Assembly (NCBI RefSeq): GCF_030028105.1
Contig: NC_092398.1
Span: 25,559,649-25,623,648, forward strand
Direction: 5' to 3'
Origin: Mobula birostris
Lineage: Eukaryota
DNA: 64,000 bases
Below are positions 62,870-64,000 of this stretch, one piece after another. The position numbers and the translations under genes are program-made. The first letter of the stretch is position 1, and every line of letters starts with the position of its first letter. Under the pieces are notes generated by a model, which searched no databases, was not told where the DNA came from, and was given only the letters and a program-made list of their open reading frames with translations.

Positions 62870-64000
62870 CATAGAAATCTACAGCACATTACAGGCCCTT
62901 CGGCCCACAATGTTGTGCTGACCATGTAACCTACTCTAGAAACCACCTAGAATTTCCTAGCGCATAGCCTTCTATTTTTCTAAGCTCCATGTACCTATCT
63001 GAGAGGCTCTTAAAAGACCATATTATATCCACTTCCACCACCGCCACCAGCAATGCATTCCACACACCCACCACTCCCTGTGTGAAAAACTTACCCCAGA
63101 CATCCCCTCTGTACCTACCTCCAAGCACCTTAAAACTCTGCCCCCTCGTGTTAACCATTTCTGCCCTAGGAAAAAGCCTCTGGCTATCCACACGGTCAAT
63201 GCCGCTCATCATCTTATACACCTCTATCAGGTCAACTCCCATCCTCCGTCGCTCCGAGGAGAAAAGGCCGACTCGATGGGCTGAATGGCCTCATTCTTCG
63301 CCTACGATCTTATGGACATGTAAAATAATTTTTCTTTGCACTCAGGGCTGTGGGTGCCTTCAGGTGAGGTGGTAGAAGCAGACACTATAGTGGTGTTTAA
63401 ATAGTATTTGGTACATGAACAAGCTGGGATTGGAGGGATATGGGCCACGTACAGGCAGATAGGATTACATTATGCCAACTATTCTATGGTTGCTTCTGTA
63501 AACTCTATAAAACCCTGGTTAGATCACACTTCGAGTATTGTGTTCAGCACCGGTCACCTCATTATAGGAAGGATGTGGAAGCTTTAGAGAGAGGGTGCGG
63601 AGGAGATTTACCAGGATGCTGACGAGATTAGAGAGCACGTCTCACGGGGATAGGCTGGAGCGAGCTGGGACTTTTCTCGCTGGAGCGGAGGAGGATGAGA
63701 GGTGACCTGACAGAGGTGGGCAAGAGGCACAAGTGGACAGCCAGAGACTTTCTCCCAGGACGAAAATGGCTAATTACGAGAGGGCGTGATTTTAAGGTGA
63801 TTGGAAGATGGTATAGTCACAGCCATAGTCATACTTTATTGATCCCGGGGGAAACTGGTTTTCGTTACAACTGCACCATAAATAATAAATAGTAATAAGA
63901 CCATAAATAGTTAAATAGTAATATGTAAGTTATGCCAGGAAATAAGTGCAGGACCAGCCTATTGGCTCAGGGTGCCTGATCCTCCAAGGGAGGAGTTGTA
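62870..64000. mobile_element. CR1 3' fragments (both strands) and a Rex1/Babar 3' end (about 63820-64000, minus)
   Basis: CR1 C-terminal ORF remnants; catagtcatactttattgatccc is the reverse complement of the Rex1 tail at about 11130-11158. Confidence 0.8.

Overview
This is a TE-dense vertebrate genomic window. The repeat repertoire (CR1, Rex1/Babar, L1, Penelope-derived hammerhead repeats, hAT-Buster, Tc1 MITEs) suggests a cartilaginous fish, probably a ray (inference). The main result is an MHC-family locus hidden among the repeats. Gene B (+ strand) has an apparently intact leader exon (30705-30852, CpG island), ONE membrane-distal domain exon (32031-32288) and one Ig-C1 exon (46197-46478), all joined by in-frame phase-1 GT-AG introns. 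That is a class II-type architecture, yet the domains carry class I-type interdomain motifs (GxHxxQ and FAYN in the distal domain; LPNxD with no class II W153 in the Ig domain) and lack the distal-domain disulfide. This profile fits a W-category beta (WB)-like chain or a related non-classical lineage. A frameshifted tandem paralog (psi-A: 16032-16269, with FGYDGKD, and 20543-20815) lies upstream on the same strand. No transmembrane exon or alpha-chain partner was confidently found. Other notable structure: a four-level TE nest in intron 2 of gene B (Tc1 MITE > hAT-Buster > full-length L1 > CR1, each inner insertion with a recognisable TSD), a pol-less retrovirus-like element with gag and env-like remnants, minimal hammerhead ribozymes, and a palindromic junction scar. 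All alignments and folds were done by eye; repeat boundaries without a stated TSD are approximate.
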